Positions 50,751 through 64,000 of a stretch of 64,000 nucleotides of DNA are shown here, in pieces; position 1 is the stretch's first letter, and every line of letters starts with the position of its first letter. Below the pieces are notes generated by a model, which saw nothing but the letters and a program-made list of their open reading frames with translations, was not told where the DNA came from and made no database searches. The stretch covers positions 173,044-237,043 of the forward strand of contig JAJTHB010000005.1 of NCBI GenBank assembly GCA_021299465.1, given 5' to 3'. The translations under genes and the position numbers were made by a program. Source of the stretch: Rickettsiales bacterium. Lineage in GTDB: Bacteria; Pseudomonadota; Alphaproteobacteria; Rickettsiales; SXRF01.

Positions 50751-52154
50751 ATGAAAGCTCAGTTGCGCTTGGAAACCACGCTTGATGATGTGCTCGCTCC
50801 GATCTGGGAGCGGATTAGTGAAAAACTTAAAGGTTTATATGGTGAGGCTGTGCATCGCAGCTGGCTCAGGCCTATGCGCTATGCGGGTCTTGACGGCCAG
50901 AAGATTCAGCTGAGCGTGCCAACACGCTTCATGCGCGAATGGGTCAGCACCCATTATGCCGATGACATACGCCACTTCTGGCATGAAGAAAAAGAGGCAG
51001 AAGGCCTTGCAGTAGAATTTGTGATTGCCAGCCAGAACAGCGAACCAGTCGCTGCTAAATCAGTTTCTAATATCGTGACGCCTTCTTGGAATGCTTCTGA
51101 TAGCAGTGATCCGATTTTGCAAATGGGCGCCTCACTTGATCCACGCTATACGTTTGAAAATTTTGTTGTTGGTAAGCCTAATGAACTTGCGCATGCTGCC
51201 GCGCGCCGCGTAGCCGAATCACCGCAGGTGGTGCAGGGGTGTAACCCGCTGTTCCTGTATGGTGGTGTTGGGCTTGGTAAAACCCATCTTATGCACGCCA
51301 TCGCCTGGCATATCCGTACCCATACGCCTGAGCGCCGCGTGATGTATTTGTCGGCTGAAAAATTCATGTACCAGTTCATCAAGGCGCTGCGCTTTAAAGA
51401 GGCGTTTGCGTTCAAGGAACAGTTCCGCTCGGTTGATGTGCTGATGATCGATGATGTGCAGTTTATCAGCGGCAAGGATTCCACGCAGGAAGAGTTTTTC
51501 CATACGTTCAATGCACTGGTTGACCAAAACAAGCAGCTGATTATTTCAGGTGATCGCTCACCGTCGGATCTGGAAGGTATCGAAGAGCGCGTTCGTTCCC
51601 GCCTTGGCTGGGGCTTGGTCGCTGATATTCACGCAACAACCTATGAGCTGCGCCTTGGTATTCTTCAGTCGAAAATTGAGCAGATGCCACAGCTGCAAAT
51701 TCCTACCAAAGTTATCGAATTTCTGGCCCACAAAATTACATCAAATATTCGTGAACTTGAAGGTGCGTTGAACCGATTGGTTGCACACACCACGCTGGTC
51801 GGCAGACCCATGACGCTTGAAGGCGCGCAGGAAGTGCTGCATGATTTGCTTCGCGCCAATGATCGCCGCGTGTCGATTGATGATATTCAAAAGCAGGTGG
51901 CGAATCACTTTAATATCAAAGTATCGGATATGCATTCGGCGAGGCGCTCGCGCGTGGTGGCCAGGCCAAGGCAGATCGCCATGTATCTTTCTAAAAAACT
52001 CACCTCCAAAAGCCTGCCGGAAATTGGCCGAAAATTCGGCGGCAAGGATCATACAACGGTGATGCATGCGGTGAAGCGTGTTGAGGAACTGATGGCAAGC
52101 GATACCGATTTTGCTAAAGATCTTGAACTCCTAACCAAGATGGTGCAGAACTAA
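50751..52154 (+). CDS. dnaA: Chromosomal replication initiator DnaA
   Basis: [37 protein letters not shown]. Confidence 0.99.
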   Translation: MKAQLRLETTLDDVLAPIWERISEKLKGLYGEAVHRSWLRPMRYAGLDGQKIQLSVPTRFMREWVSTHYADDIRHFWHEEKEAEGLAVEFVIASQNSEPVAAKSVSNIVTPSWNASDSSDPILQMGASLDPRYTFENFVVGKPNELAHAAARRVAESPQVVQGCNPLFLYGGVGLGKTHLMHAIAWHIRTHTPERRVMYLSAEKFMYQFIKALRFKEAFAFKEQFRSVDVLMIDDVQFISGKDSTQEEFFHTFNALVDQNKQLIISGDRSPSDLEGIEERVRSRLGWGLVADIHATTYELRLGILQSKIEQMPQLQIPTKVIEFLAHKITSNIRELEGALNRLVAHTTLVGRPMTLEGAQEVLHDLLRANDRRVSIDDIQKQVANHFNIKVSDMHSARRSRVVARPRQIAMYLSKKLTSKSLPEIGRKFGGKDHTTVMHAVKRVEELMASDTDFAKDLELLTKMVQN

Positions 52155-52176
52155 CCCATCAGAACATGGAGCCGTT

Positions 52177-53352
52177 ATGCCAGCAGCAGCGCAAACCTTA
52201 GAAAAAACCTCAAGCCCAACCAAATCTCAGCCCGTGAAGTTCACGGTTGAGCGTGCGCCGCTGCTTCGCAGCCTCGGCCATGTGCAGTCGGTTGTCGAAA
52301 AACGCGGCACCATCGCGGTACTTTCTAATGTTAAGATTGAAGCAAAAGCCGATGGCATCGAGCTGACCGCAACCGACATGGATATTGCCATAGTCGAAAA
52401 AGTACCGGCGAATGTTTCCAAACAGGGCGCTACCACCGTGCCTGCGCATATGCTCTATGATATCGTTCGTAAACTGCCGGATGGCGCAGAAATTGAGTGC
52501 GCGGTTGGTGAAGATGGCGGCAAGATGACGATACGCTGCGGCCAGTCACGCTTCTCGCTGGGTTGTTTGCCGATTGAAGATTTCCCGGTGATGTCGGATG
52601 ACGATTTAACGCATAGCTTTTCGATTAAATCAGCAGAATGCATGGCGCTGGTTTCCAAGCCAAGCTTTGCCATGTCCAATGAAGAAACGCGTTATTATTT
52701 GAACGGTATTTATCTGCATGCAACCGGCAGCGGCGCTAATAAAGTGTTGCGTGCGGTGGCAACTGACGGTCATCGTCTGGCGCGTATTGAAGTGGCGCTG
52801 CCAGCAGGTGCTAACGGTATGCCGGGCGTGATTGTCCCGCGCAAAGCAATTCATGAAGTTCGTAAACTACTAGAAGGAGCAGAAGGCGATGTCGAAGTTT
52901 CTCTCTCAGATACAAAAATTCGCTTCGTTTTCGGGAGCGCTGTATTGGTCTCTAAGCTTATTGACGGTAACTTTCCTGATTACGAGCGTGTAATTCCCTC
53001 GGGCAACGACAAGATTCTTGAAGCGGATTGCAAGCTGCTGGCTCAGGCGGTGGATCGTGTATCGGTTATCTCCTCGGAAAAATCGCGCGCGATCAAGCTG
53101 CATATTGAAAATGGCAAGCTCACTTTATCCGCCACCAGCAGTGAACATGGAACGGCTAGCGAGGAAATCGATGTAACCTATTCCTCTAATTCACTCGATA
53201 TTGGTTTTAACTCGCGCTACATGCTCGAAATGATGTCGCAGATCGAGGGTGATACCGCGCAGTTCCTACTCAACGACGGTGCATCGCCGGCGATCGTTCG
53301 TGATACGGCAGATGTCGGCTCACTCTATGTTATCATGCCAATGAGAGTGTGA
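52177..53352 (+). CDS. dnaN: DNA polymerase III beta clamp
   Basis: LTATDMDI, ETRYYLNG, VATDGHRLA, YVIMPMRV. Confidence 0.98.
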   Translation: MPAAAQTLEKTSSPTKSQPVKFTVERAPLLRSLGHVQSVVEKRGTIAVLSNVKIEAKADGIELTATDMDIAIVEKVPANVSKQGATTVPAHMLYDIVRKLPDGAEIECAVGEDGGKMTIRCGQSRFSLGCLPIEDFPVMSDDDLTHSFSIKSAECMALVSKPSFAMSNEETRYYLNGIYLHATGSGANKVLRAVATDGHRLARIEVALPAGANGMPGVIVPRKAIHEVRKLLEGAEGDVEVSLSDTKIRFVFGSAVLVSKLIDGNFPDYERVIPSGNDKILEADCKLLAQAVDRVSVISSEKSRAIKLHIENGKLTLSATSSEHGTASEEIDVTYSSNSLDIGFNSRYMLEMMSQIEGDTAQFLLNDGASPAIVRDTADVGSLYVIMPMRV

Positions 53353-53367
53353 AACTGAGATGATCCG

Positions 53368-56963
<3,596 letters not shown>

Positions 56964-56979
56964 GCTGGTTACCAGTTTT

Positions 56980-56994
56980 TTAACCTTCGCTTAA
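56980..56994. promoter_or_regulatory. Candidate CtrA box upstream of the pilin-like gene
   Basis: TTAA-CCTTCGC-TTAA, 25 nt before the start codon. Confidence 0.6.
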
Positions 56995-57019
56995 TCCTAC
57001 TGGCTTATAATGTTTAGCC

Positions 57020-57814
57020 ATGGCCGCTCCTGACTTTTTTTGCCGAACTCTATCTGCTCGTCGCAGCAGCGGCTTTACGTTGCTTGAGATTTCTATCGTT
57101 CTGCTTGTGCTTTCATTGATGATGGGCGGCTTGCTGGCGATGGTCGCTCAGGAAACGCGTCGCAGTAAAATGGCTGAGCTAAAAATGAAAATGGATGCCA
57201 TTGAGTATGCATTAGTTAGTTACTCAAAACGCGCCACTACGCTTGCACTTCCTTGTCCTGCAAATCCTACACTGGCTTTGGAGCATGCTGATTTTGGTTT
57301 TGCCGTAGCAGCGGGTTGCAGCAGTATTCCATCGCCCGCCTATCGCGATGGTAGCAGTGCGGCAGGTACCGTTCCGGTCAGAACACTTGGACTGCCTGAT
57401 GAATATGCCTTTGACCCTTGGGGTAATAGATTTACTTATGCGGTTGGTCTGCTAATCACGTCAACCAATGCACTTATAACTTACCCGGTCACATCAACTG
57501 CTGCCTCGCAGATTAATTTTAGGGATACTAACGGAGTTGATTATGACAACGTTGTCGCCGTAGTTGTCTCGCATGGCATGAATGGGTTTGGTGCATTTAG
57601 TCGAACGGGCCAGAGAAAAGCGGTTAGCTCAACCAATGCCAACGAGCGTTTAAATTGTGGATGCACATCCGATACAGCAAACAGCTACTCAAATCGTTAC
57701 ATATTCGGTTCATTTACTGGAGATGCTTCAACTGCCTCTGCTAGATTTGATGATGTTGTTCGTGGTTACCAGCGCAATTTCTTTTTATTAACCAATGATA
57801 TAGTTATTCCTTAG
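57020..57814 (+). CDS. Type IV pilin / T2SS pseudopilin-like protein (prepilin N-methylation motif)
   Basis: G|FTLLEISIVLLVLSLMMGG cleavage/methylation motif; PDEYAFDPWGNRFTY. Confidence 0.85.
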   Translation: MAAPDFFCRTLSARRSSGFTLLEISIVLLVLSLMMGGLLAMVAQETRRSKMAELKMKMDAIEYALVSYSKRATTLALPCPANPTLALEHADFGFAVAAGCSSIPSPAYRDGSSAAGTVPVRTLGLPDEYAFDPWGNRFTYAVGLLITSTNALITYPVTSTAASQINFRDTNGVDYDNVVAVVVSHGMNGFGAFSRTGQRKAVSSTNANERLNCGCTSDTANSYSNRYIFGSFTGDASTASARFDDVVRGYQRNFFLLTNDIVIP

Positions 57815-57835
57815 TAACCGCCCTTATTCTTTATA

Positions 57836-57850
57836 TTAATTTTTATTTAA
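57836..57850. promoter_or_regulatory. Candidate CtrA box upstream of module copy C
   Basis: TTAA-TTTTTAT-TTAA; AT-rich context lowers significance. Confidence 0.3.
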
Positions 57851-57891
57851 TATTGATTGGTTATAATAATATCAAAAATAGGGGGGAATCT

Positions 57892-58122
57892 ATGAAGGCT
57901 TTTTTTGGCTCCGATGGAGCATTGCAAGTGGTTGCTGTGAGTGGTGCAATCGAAGCAAATAGTCCAGCCGCCAATCTTGTTACAGAAGCCATTCAGCAAA
58001 CCAGCTCTCGAAATTTTTCCGATTTAAGTTCGGGTGATTTATCGTCGATTGTTACCCTTCCAGCAGCGTCATCCCATTTATCTTTACCAATGTCTCCCAA
58101 TCCTCAGGGGCGCGGGCGGTAG
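57892..58122 (+). CDS. 76-aa Ser/Pro-rich peptide, module copy C
   Basis: GGGGGA RBS before ATG 57892; ends PNPQGRGR; 3 nt before the partner gene. Confidence 0.65.
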   Translation: MKAFFGSDGALQVVAVSGAIEANSPAANLVTEAIQQTSSRNFSDLSSGDLSSIVTLPAASSHLSLPMSPNPQGRGR

Positions 58123-58125
58123 ATC

Positions 58126-58455
58126 ATGGTGAGTGTGCATTTATCTCCGCCTTCATCAAGTCGTCACATGGCGGACTTATTATGCACGATCATTGTTTTG
58201 TGCCAGGCGAGTGATGAGCGCGGCGATCCTTTTTGGAGTTACCTGTGCCTAAAGCCGAGCATGGCGCAGGCCTTTCGTGAGGCGCGTTTGAAAGGCTCAT
58301 GCAATCTCGACGATTTTGGCACCATCATTGAACATGGTAAAGGTAACGCAGTCCCACTTGATGTGAAGCTTCGTATGGAGCGTGATTTCGGTGTGAATCA
58401 TAGGCTGGAAGATGATCTTGCCAAGGCGATTGAAGCCAGAAAACAAATCCAATAA
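58126..58455 (+). CDS. Hypothetical protein, conserved partner of module copy C (alternative start 58168)
   Basis: FWSYLCLK...KGSCNLDDFGTIIEHGKG...DFG aligns with the copy A and B partners. Confidence 0.8.
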   Translation: MVSVHLSPPSSSRHMADLLCTIIVLCQASDERGDPFWSYLCLKPSMAQAFREARLKGSCNLDDFGTIIEHGKGNAVPLDVKLRMERDFGVNHRLEDDLAKAIEARKQIQ

Positions 58456-58464
58456 ACTCAGACG

Positions 58465-59169
58465 ATGAAGCCTATTGTTATTCTTACCGGAGCGGGCATA
58501 TCCGCAGAGTCCGGCCTTGCCACCTTTCGTGCTGCGGATGGCTTGTGGTGCGGTCACCGCGTCGAGGATGTCGCAACACCGGAAGCTTACGAGCGGGATC
58601 CTGAACTTGTTCATCATTTTTATAATGAGCGGCGCCGTCAGCTTAAACAGGTGAGGCCAAATGCTGCACATGAAGCTTTGGAACGGCTTGCAAACCACTA
58701 TCCAGCACGCGTGACAATTATTACCCAAAATGTCGATGATCTGCATGACCGCGCTGGTTCATCTGGTGGTTTGCTCCACATGCATGGCGAGCTGCTTAAG
58801 GCAAGGTGCGAGGTCAGTGAACAGGTTTTTGCATGGCAGGAAGATTTAGAAACGAAAACCCTATGCTCCTGTTGCCGTAAACCCGGCAGGCTGCGGCCTC
58901 ATATTGTCTGGTTCGGCGAAATGCCATTTTACATGGATCTCATTGAATCTTTGCTCAGCCAGTGCGGGACTTTTGTTTCGATCGGTACCTCAGGCAATGT
59001 GTATCCGGCAGCCGGATTCGTACGAATCGCCAAAATGCACGGCGCGCACACGCTCGAGCTTAACCTTGAGCCATCACTTGGCAAAAATTTATTCGATGAG
59101 CATCGTTACGGCAAAGCAAGTGAGATTGTGCCCGCTTATGTCGAAGAATTGCTTGCCTCGCTAAAGTGA
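58465..59169 (+). CDS. cobB: NAD-dependent protein deacylase (sirtuin, CobB class)
   Basis: [44 protein letters not shown]. Confidence 0.92.
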   Translation: MKPIVILTGAGISAESGLATFRAADGLWCGHRVEDVATPEAYERDPELVHHFYNERRRQLKQVRPNAAHEALERLANHYPARVTIITQNVDDLHDRAGSSGGLLHMHGELLKARCEVSEQVFAWQEDLETKTLCSCCRKPGRLRPHIVWFGEMPFYMDLIESLLSQCGTFVSIGTSGNVYPAAGFVRIAKMHGAHTLELNLEPSLGKNLFDEHRYGKASEIVPAYVEELLASLK

Positions 59170-59652
59170 CTGAACGGCGCTTAGCACATCCTTTACATGG
59201 CCATCGACGCTTACTTTGCGCCAGATGCGGCGGATTATGCCATTGCCGTCGATGAGGAACGTGGCGCGCTCTATGCCCATATATTCCTTGCCATACATGC
59301 TTTTTTTGACCCATACGCCGTAATCTTCGCACATGGTGCCATTTTCATCGGAGGCAAGCGGAAAAGGTAGGCAATATTTTTCCTTGAACTTATCGTGGCT
59401 TTTAACGGAGTCTTTCGAAACGCCAATGATCACTGCACCGGCTTTCTCAAAAGCTGAGATATGGTCGCGGAAATCCTTGGCTTCGATCGTGCAGCCGGGG
59501 GTATCATCCTTCGGATAAAAATAAAGTACGACTTTTTTGCCCTTCAGTGATTCGGATGTGACTGAATGTTTGCTGTCAAACTGCGTGGTGAATGATGGTG
59601 CTTTATCTCCAACCGCGAGTTCGCGCATATTTTTCTTGGCTGTTGCAGTCAT
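59161..59652 (-). CDS. bcp: Peroxiredoxin (BCP/PrxQ)
   Basis: [15 protein letters not shown]; AGGAGG RBS. Confidence 0.94.
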   Translation of the reverse strand: MTATAKKNMRELAVGDKAPSFTTQFDSKHSVTSESLKGKKVVLYFYPKDDTPGCTIEAKDFRDHISAFEKAGAVIIGVSKDSVKSHDKFKEKYCLPFPLASDENGTMCEDYGVWVKKSMYGKEYMGIERATFLIDGNGIIRRIWRKVSVDGHVKDVLSAVQSL

Positions 59653-59662
59653 GGGACCTCCT

Positions 59663-62557
59663 TTATGGTTTCATCTGGTTAACATAGGCATCTTTGACCT
59701 TTTCTTCAAGTGCAACCAGCCTTGCAGCCACCTCTTCAAACGTAGCGAGGCCAAGGCATCCGGCCAGCAGTTTCTTTAGGCCGCCGACTGCCTCGCTTTC
59801 TACAAACCGGCCATGGCATGTCAGCCTTAGCATATGAAACAGGTGGTGAAGGTCGTGGTAAGCAACTTCGAGCTCACTTGCTGTTTGTTCCGGTATGGCT
59901 CTGTTCTCAGCCAGCCACGCCAGCACCTGATCGGCCGGTCCGCGAATGGCTGCGCCTTTGTCCGATGCATAGCGAAGGAGCAGGTATTGCGCGATAAAAT
60001 CAAGATCGATTAAGCCGCCTTTTGCATATTTAATGTCCCAGATACTGTGGGGCGGGAATTCTTTTTCAATGCGCGCGCGCATATCAAGCACATCATGCAA
60101 TAGTTTTTGTTGTTCTTTAGGGCTGCAAAGTGCCTGGTTAATCACCTGATCAACCTGTGTTCCAAGATGCGATGCTCCGCAAACGATGCGCGATTTGGTG
60201 AAAGCCATTAATTCAAATGTCCATGCCGACTCGGCAAAATATTGTCTGAGGCCATTTAGACCGATGACGAGTAAGCCCTGCGTGCCGGATGGCCTCAGCC
60301 TAAGATCCACCTCGTAGAGGCGTCCTTCGCGGCCGATGGTGGTGAGCGCGCTTAAAACACGCTGGGTTAAACGGCTGTAAAACACACTGGCTGGAAGAGA
60401 TTTGCCGCCGGTAGAAACGGCCTGCTCTGGTGCATCATAGACAAAGACCAGATCAAGATCAGAACCAAATGTCATTTCGCGGCTACCGAGCTTGCCAAGA
60501 GCAACAATGACCATGCTGCTATTTGGTAATTCACCATGCGATTTTGAGAACTCATATAATGCCAGGCGATAAATCTCGCCGAGACATAAATCCGCAAGAT
60601 CAGATAAAAATTCGCCAGCCTGTTTCGCCGAAATCATTTGTTTGAGCAGATGCACGCCGGCCTGAAATTGTTTTTCATTCCGGAAGCGAGTAAGCGCGTC
60701 CATGGCTTCCTCAAAATCATCCTCTTTTGGCATGACTTGTTTCAGCTGCTCTTCAAGCTGGTGGCGGCTTGGGAGTTCATTATAAAAATCAGCATAAAGC
60801 ACCGCATCAAGAAGGTTGGGTGATTTGCTCAAATACTCGGAAAGCGTGGGCGCGCTACCCATGATGTCAGCAACCAACCCGAGAAGTTGTGGGTTGATGT
60901 TAAACAATGAAAAAAGCTGAACACCGGCGGGCAGGTTGGTTAAAAAATCGTTGAATTTAAGAAAAGCATGGTCTGGGCTTGCTGTTTCTGCCAGCCGTTT
61001 GAGCAAAACCGGCATAAGTTCTGTGAGCAGTTCACGCGCGCGCTTGGTTCGTGTGGCGCGTTTAGAGCCATGATGCCAGCCCATGATGATTTCTGAAATC
61101 GTCTCTGGCTGCTGGTAGCCCATGCTGCGCAGCGTTTGTAGCGTTTCCGGATCACTTGCCACACCGGTAAACACCAAATTTCCTTCATCACCAAGTTTTT
61201 CAGAGCTCTTGAAGGAATTCGCAAATATATCATGAACCACCTCAAGTTTTTGCTCGGTGATACGTGTAAATGATTCTACATCATCAAATCCCATAAATTT
61301 GGCAATGCGCTCCAGCTCAGGCGCATGGGCAGGCAAGCTGTGGGTTTGCTCGTCAGCCACCATTTGAATGCGATGTTCGAGTTTGCGGTAGTAACGATAG
61401 GCATCAATCAGCGTATCGCGCTTTGCCGGTTCAATAAGCTGGTGATGGGTCAGTTTTTGCAGTGTTTCGCAGGTGCCACGCGTTCTTAAATCATTGATGC
61501 GCCCGCCCCAGATGAGCTGGTGAATTTGCGTATAAAACTCGATTTCACGAATACCTCCGGTGCCGAGCTTGATGTTGTGCCCCTGCGCGCGAACTTTTTT
61601 ATTCTGGTGGCTATCCATTTGCCGCTTGATGGAGTGAATATCTTGGATCGCAGCGAAATCAAGGCTGCGCCGCCACATGAACGGCGCTAGATTTTTCAGG
61701 AATTGACCGCCGGCATCGATGTCACCCGCAATCGGCTTGGCTTTGATCATCGCCGCACGTTCCCAGTTCTGGCCGACGCTTTCGTAATAATAATGGGCGG
61801 CGGTGGTATTGATGGCAGGCGGGGTAGAGGCCGGATCGGGCCGGAGCCTTAAATCTGTTCTGAAAACATAGCCGTCGGCGGTACGTTCCTGCATAATCTG
61901 TACCAGATCCTGTGCGAGGCGGTTCATGAAATGCTGTTCGTTATGGCGCCCTTTATAGCCAAGACGGTCTTTTTCAAAAAGTATGATGAGATCGATATCG
62001 CTTGAGTAGTTAAGCTCATCGGCGCCGAGCTTGCCCATGCCTAAAATGATGATGCCGCTACCGAATGCTTCTGTTTCGTGATGCCACTCAATCTCGGCGC
62101 GCTTGTGAGCCTGCCGGAGCAAAAAATTCAGTGTTGCATCAAGGCATGCGTTTGCCAGCTTGGATAAAAGGCCGGTAACTTCTTCCAGTTCCAGCGTTTT
62201 ATCCATATCTCCCATTGCAATCATGAGCGCCATTTTGGATTTTATAAGGCGCAGTTCTTTCATCAGTTCTTCGCGGGACCCAAGGCTAGCGGTTTGAGGA
62301 ATTTTCTCTAGCAAGGCATGGCACGCGGCATTGGCGCCATGTTCATTTGCGTGCATGGCGGCTTCCGGGTATTTGATCAAAAGTCGTGATAGGTAAGGCG
62401 AATTGGCAAATACTGCCTGGATAGAGAGAGATTCAGCATTGCTTCGCATCCAGCCAGCAAGTGGCTCATCTTTCTTGGATGATTTTTCAAGCCATTCCTG
62501 CGTTAAACGTATGGCATCATCAAGTGAATATAGACGAGGCAGGTGGGCTTGGTTCAT
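59663..62557 (-). CDS. glnE: Bifunctional glutamine synthetase adenylyltransferase / deadenylylase
   Basis: Two nucleotidyltransferase domains: GMGKLGADELNYSSDIDL and ALGKLGSREMTFGSDLDL. Confidence 0.95.
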   Translation of the reverse strand: MNQAHLPRLYSLDDAIRLTQEWLEKSSKKDEPLAGWMRSNAESLSIQAVFANSPYLSRLLIKYPEAAMHANEHGANAACHALLEKIPQTASLGSREELMKELRLIKSKMALMIAMGDMDKTLELEEVTGLLSKLANACLDATLNFLLRQAHKRAEIEWHHETEAFGSGIIILGMGKLGADELNYSSDIDLIILFEKDRLGYKGRHNEQHFMNRLAQDLVQIMQERTADGYVFRTDLRLRPDPASTPPAINTTAAHYYYESVGQNWERAAMIKAKPIAGDIDAGGQFLKNLAPFMWRRSLDFAAIQDIHSIKRQMDSHQNKKVRAQGHNIKLGTGGIREIEFYTQIHQLIWGGRINDLRTRGTCETLQKLTHHQLIEPAKRDTLIDAYRYYRKLEHRIQMVADEQTHSLPAHAPELERIAKFMGFDDVESFTRITEQKLEVVHDIFANSFKSSEKLGDEGNLVFTGVASDPETLQTLRSMGYQQPETISEIIMGWHHGSKRATRTKRARELLTELMPVLLKRLAETASPDHAFLKFNDFLTNLPAGVQLFSLFNINPQLLGLVADIMGSAPTLSEYLSKSPNLLDAVLYADFYNELPSRHQLEEQLKQVMPKEDDFEEAMDALTRFRNEKQFQAGVHLLKQMISAKQAGEFLSDLADLCLGEIYRLALYEFSKSHGELPNSSMVIVALGKLGSREMTFGSDLDLVFVYDAPEQAVSTGGKSLPASVFYSRLTQRVLSALTTIGREGRLYEVDLRLRPSGTQGLLVIGLNGLRQYFAESAWTFELMAFTKSRIVCGASHLGTQVDQVINQALCSPKEQQKLLHDVLDMRARIEKEFPPHSIWDIKYAKGGLIDLDFIAQYLLLRYASDKGAAIRGPADQVLAWLAENRAIPEQTASELEVAYHDLHHLFHMLRLTCHGRFVESEAVGGLKKLLAGCLGLATFEEVAARLVALEEKVKDAYVNQMKP

Positions 62558-62638
62558 GACATAGATGTAACTATATTTTCTCTTTCTTAAGCAATATACG
62601 ATCAACTACGGCTTAAGATAGATATTTTTAGGAGATTT

Positions 62639-64000
62639 GTGCGGATAAGTCGCAACACAATTCGGTTTGGTTTTGGTTTAACCGCGGGTCTTCTGATTGC
62701 GGCGCTGGTGGCGTTTAACTCGCTTCTGCTCTGGGTTGCAACCGGCCCGCGTTCATTATCGACTCTAACACCTGTTATTGCCTCGGCGTTTAGCGCAAAT
62801 GATGGTAACTATAAGGTTGCTATCGGCGAGACATGGCTGCTTTGGGATGGCTGGCAGCATCCGATTGATATTCGCTTGAAGCAAGTTGATGTACTGACGC
62901 CTGACGGACAGGTTTTTTCCTCTTTTCCTGAGGTTGCGGTTGGCCTGCATATTCCATCCCTGCTCATGGGCAAAATTTTGCCTACATCACTTACGATTGA
63001 TAAACCGGTGGTGAGTCTTTTTCAGCATGAAGATCGCTCGGTGAGTTTTGGTTTCCGTAGTAATAATAGTGAGAACTCTAAGCAGGCCAGTGCACCATTT
63101 GCTCTACTGTTTGCGGCCGTGAGCCAGGATGATTCCGGTGGTCCACTTCGTAAACTACGTCATGTTAGAATTAAACAGGCTGATGTCAGCATTGGCAGCG
63201 AGCGCGATGGCATGGTACTTGAAGCCACTGCGGTTGACATGCTGCTCAAGCGTTCAAAGCGCAAAGGGGTTGAATTCTTGCTCAGTGGCAAAATTCGCTA
63301 TGATGAATATCAATCTACCGTTTCCGCTGATTTAAGTTTGCCGCCTGGCACAACTAACGTTCATGGCAATGCGAATTTTAAAGGTGTGGAAGTTTCAACA
63401 CTTGTGGATTTATTCACTGCCAAGGACAAACCTATTCCTGTTTCTATACCTATTTCTGGTATGGCGGAAATCACACTGAATACCGATGGTGAGGTTGAGC
63501 GCGCGAGGATCAAAGCTGAGGGTGGTCAGGGAGCTATTAACACAAACGAGCTTAAATCAACGCTTAATATAAACTGGGCCAGATTTGATGTTACAGTTTC
63601 CAATAAGATGCGCCAGCTGCATATAGCTTCCCTTAATGCTGATATTGAGGGAATGATTCTGGCAGCGCAAGGTGATGTAACGTTGAATGATCAAAATCAG
63701 GCGGCGATAAAACTTGAGGCAGGCATTAACAATGTACCAACTGATCGAGTCTCTAATCTCTGGCCGGCAAGGCTAGCACCGATTACACGCGAATGGGTCA
63801 CGCAGAATATCAAAGGCGGCATGGTGCCGCTAGCCAACTTGAAAACGGATATCGATTTTGGCGATTTAGCAAAACCTGTGCTGCCAAAAGAATCGATTCA
63901 AAGCTCGATTCGGCTCGAAGGGGCAACCATTGGCTACTTGCCTGATCATCCGCCAGCTAGGAATGTTTCGGCGCAGATAGCGATTGATGCCGTCGCGCTC
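62639..64000 (+). CDS. AsmA-like / YhdP (DUF3971-type) protein, truncated by the window end
   Basis: GGAG RBS, GTG 62639. Manual translation MRISRNTIRFGFGLTAGLLIAALVAF...GPRSL...W.GW.HPIDIRL; absent from the supplied ORF track, probably because it runs off the window; N-terminal TM anchor. Frame checked by hand only for the first ~120 codons. Confidence 0.7.
   Translation, partial: MRISRNTIRFGFGLTAGLLIAALVAFNSLLLWVATGPRSLSTLTPVIASAFSANDGNYKVAIGETWLLWDGWQHPIDIRLKQVDVLTPDGQVFSSFPEVAVGLHIPSLLMGKILPTSLTIDKPVVSLFQHEDRSVSFGFRSNNSENSKQASAPFALLFAAVSQDDSGGPLRKLRHVRIKQADVSIGSERDGMVLEATAVDMLLKRSKRKGVEFLLSGKIRYDEYQSTVSADLSLPPGTTNVHGNANFKGVEVSTLVDLFTAKDKPIPVSIPISGMAEITLNTDGEVERARIKAEGGQGAINTNELKSTLNINWARFDVTVSNKMRQLHIASLNADIEGMILAAQGDVTLNDQNQAAIKLEAGINNVPTDRVSNLWPARLAPITREWVTQNIKGGMVPLANLKTDIDFGDLAKPVLPKESIQSSIRLEGATIGYLPDHPPARNVSAQIAIDAVAL

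Noticed and set aside
58465-59169. Sir2 gene as an anti-phage defence system
   Set aside because: Standard CobB-class deacylase motifs and length; no partner defence genes.

Overview
64 kb of an alphaproteobacterial chromosome, probably close to the replication origin: it has an intact rpsT-dnaA-dnaN-recF-gyrB cluster and a perfect parS palindrome. An archaeal-type ValRS together with leu, asd and glnE genes suggests a metabolically versatile, possibly Rickettsiales-related lineage (inference). The window opens in the distal end of a GTA/phage-like tail-lysis module (1-3261). Most of the rest is housekeeping: valS, asd, leuBDC, rplS-trmD-rimM-rpsP, ffh, rpmB, cobST, tsaC, rimO, groESL, ubiBE, mutM, cobB, bcp, glnE and three tRNAs. 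Main discovery candidate: a tightly coupled two-gene module present in three diverged copies (3872-4389, 18505-18977, 57892-58455). Each copy is a 59-80 aa low-complexity peptide ending in G-[KR]-G followed by a 75-112 aa protein of one shared, unrecognised family. The ValRS carries a C-terminal extension that aligns with the first peptide. ValRS, that peptide and four hypothetical proteins share an x-[FHY]-x-x-[RKQ]-[VLIT] motif 13-14 residues from the C-terminus, a candidate export or targeting tag. Other oddities: a half-length RimM, a His-to-Gln pseudo-histidine kinase, three tandem paralogous membrane proteins, a desaturase/ThiF pair beside a TBDR-YfiR-kinase module, RPE-like palindromes and an inverted 9-mer array. 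All calls come from manual reading; no database searches were run.
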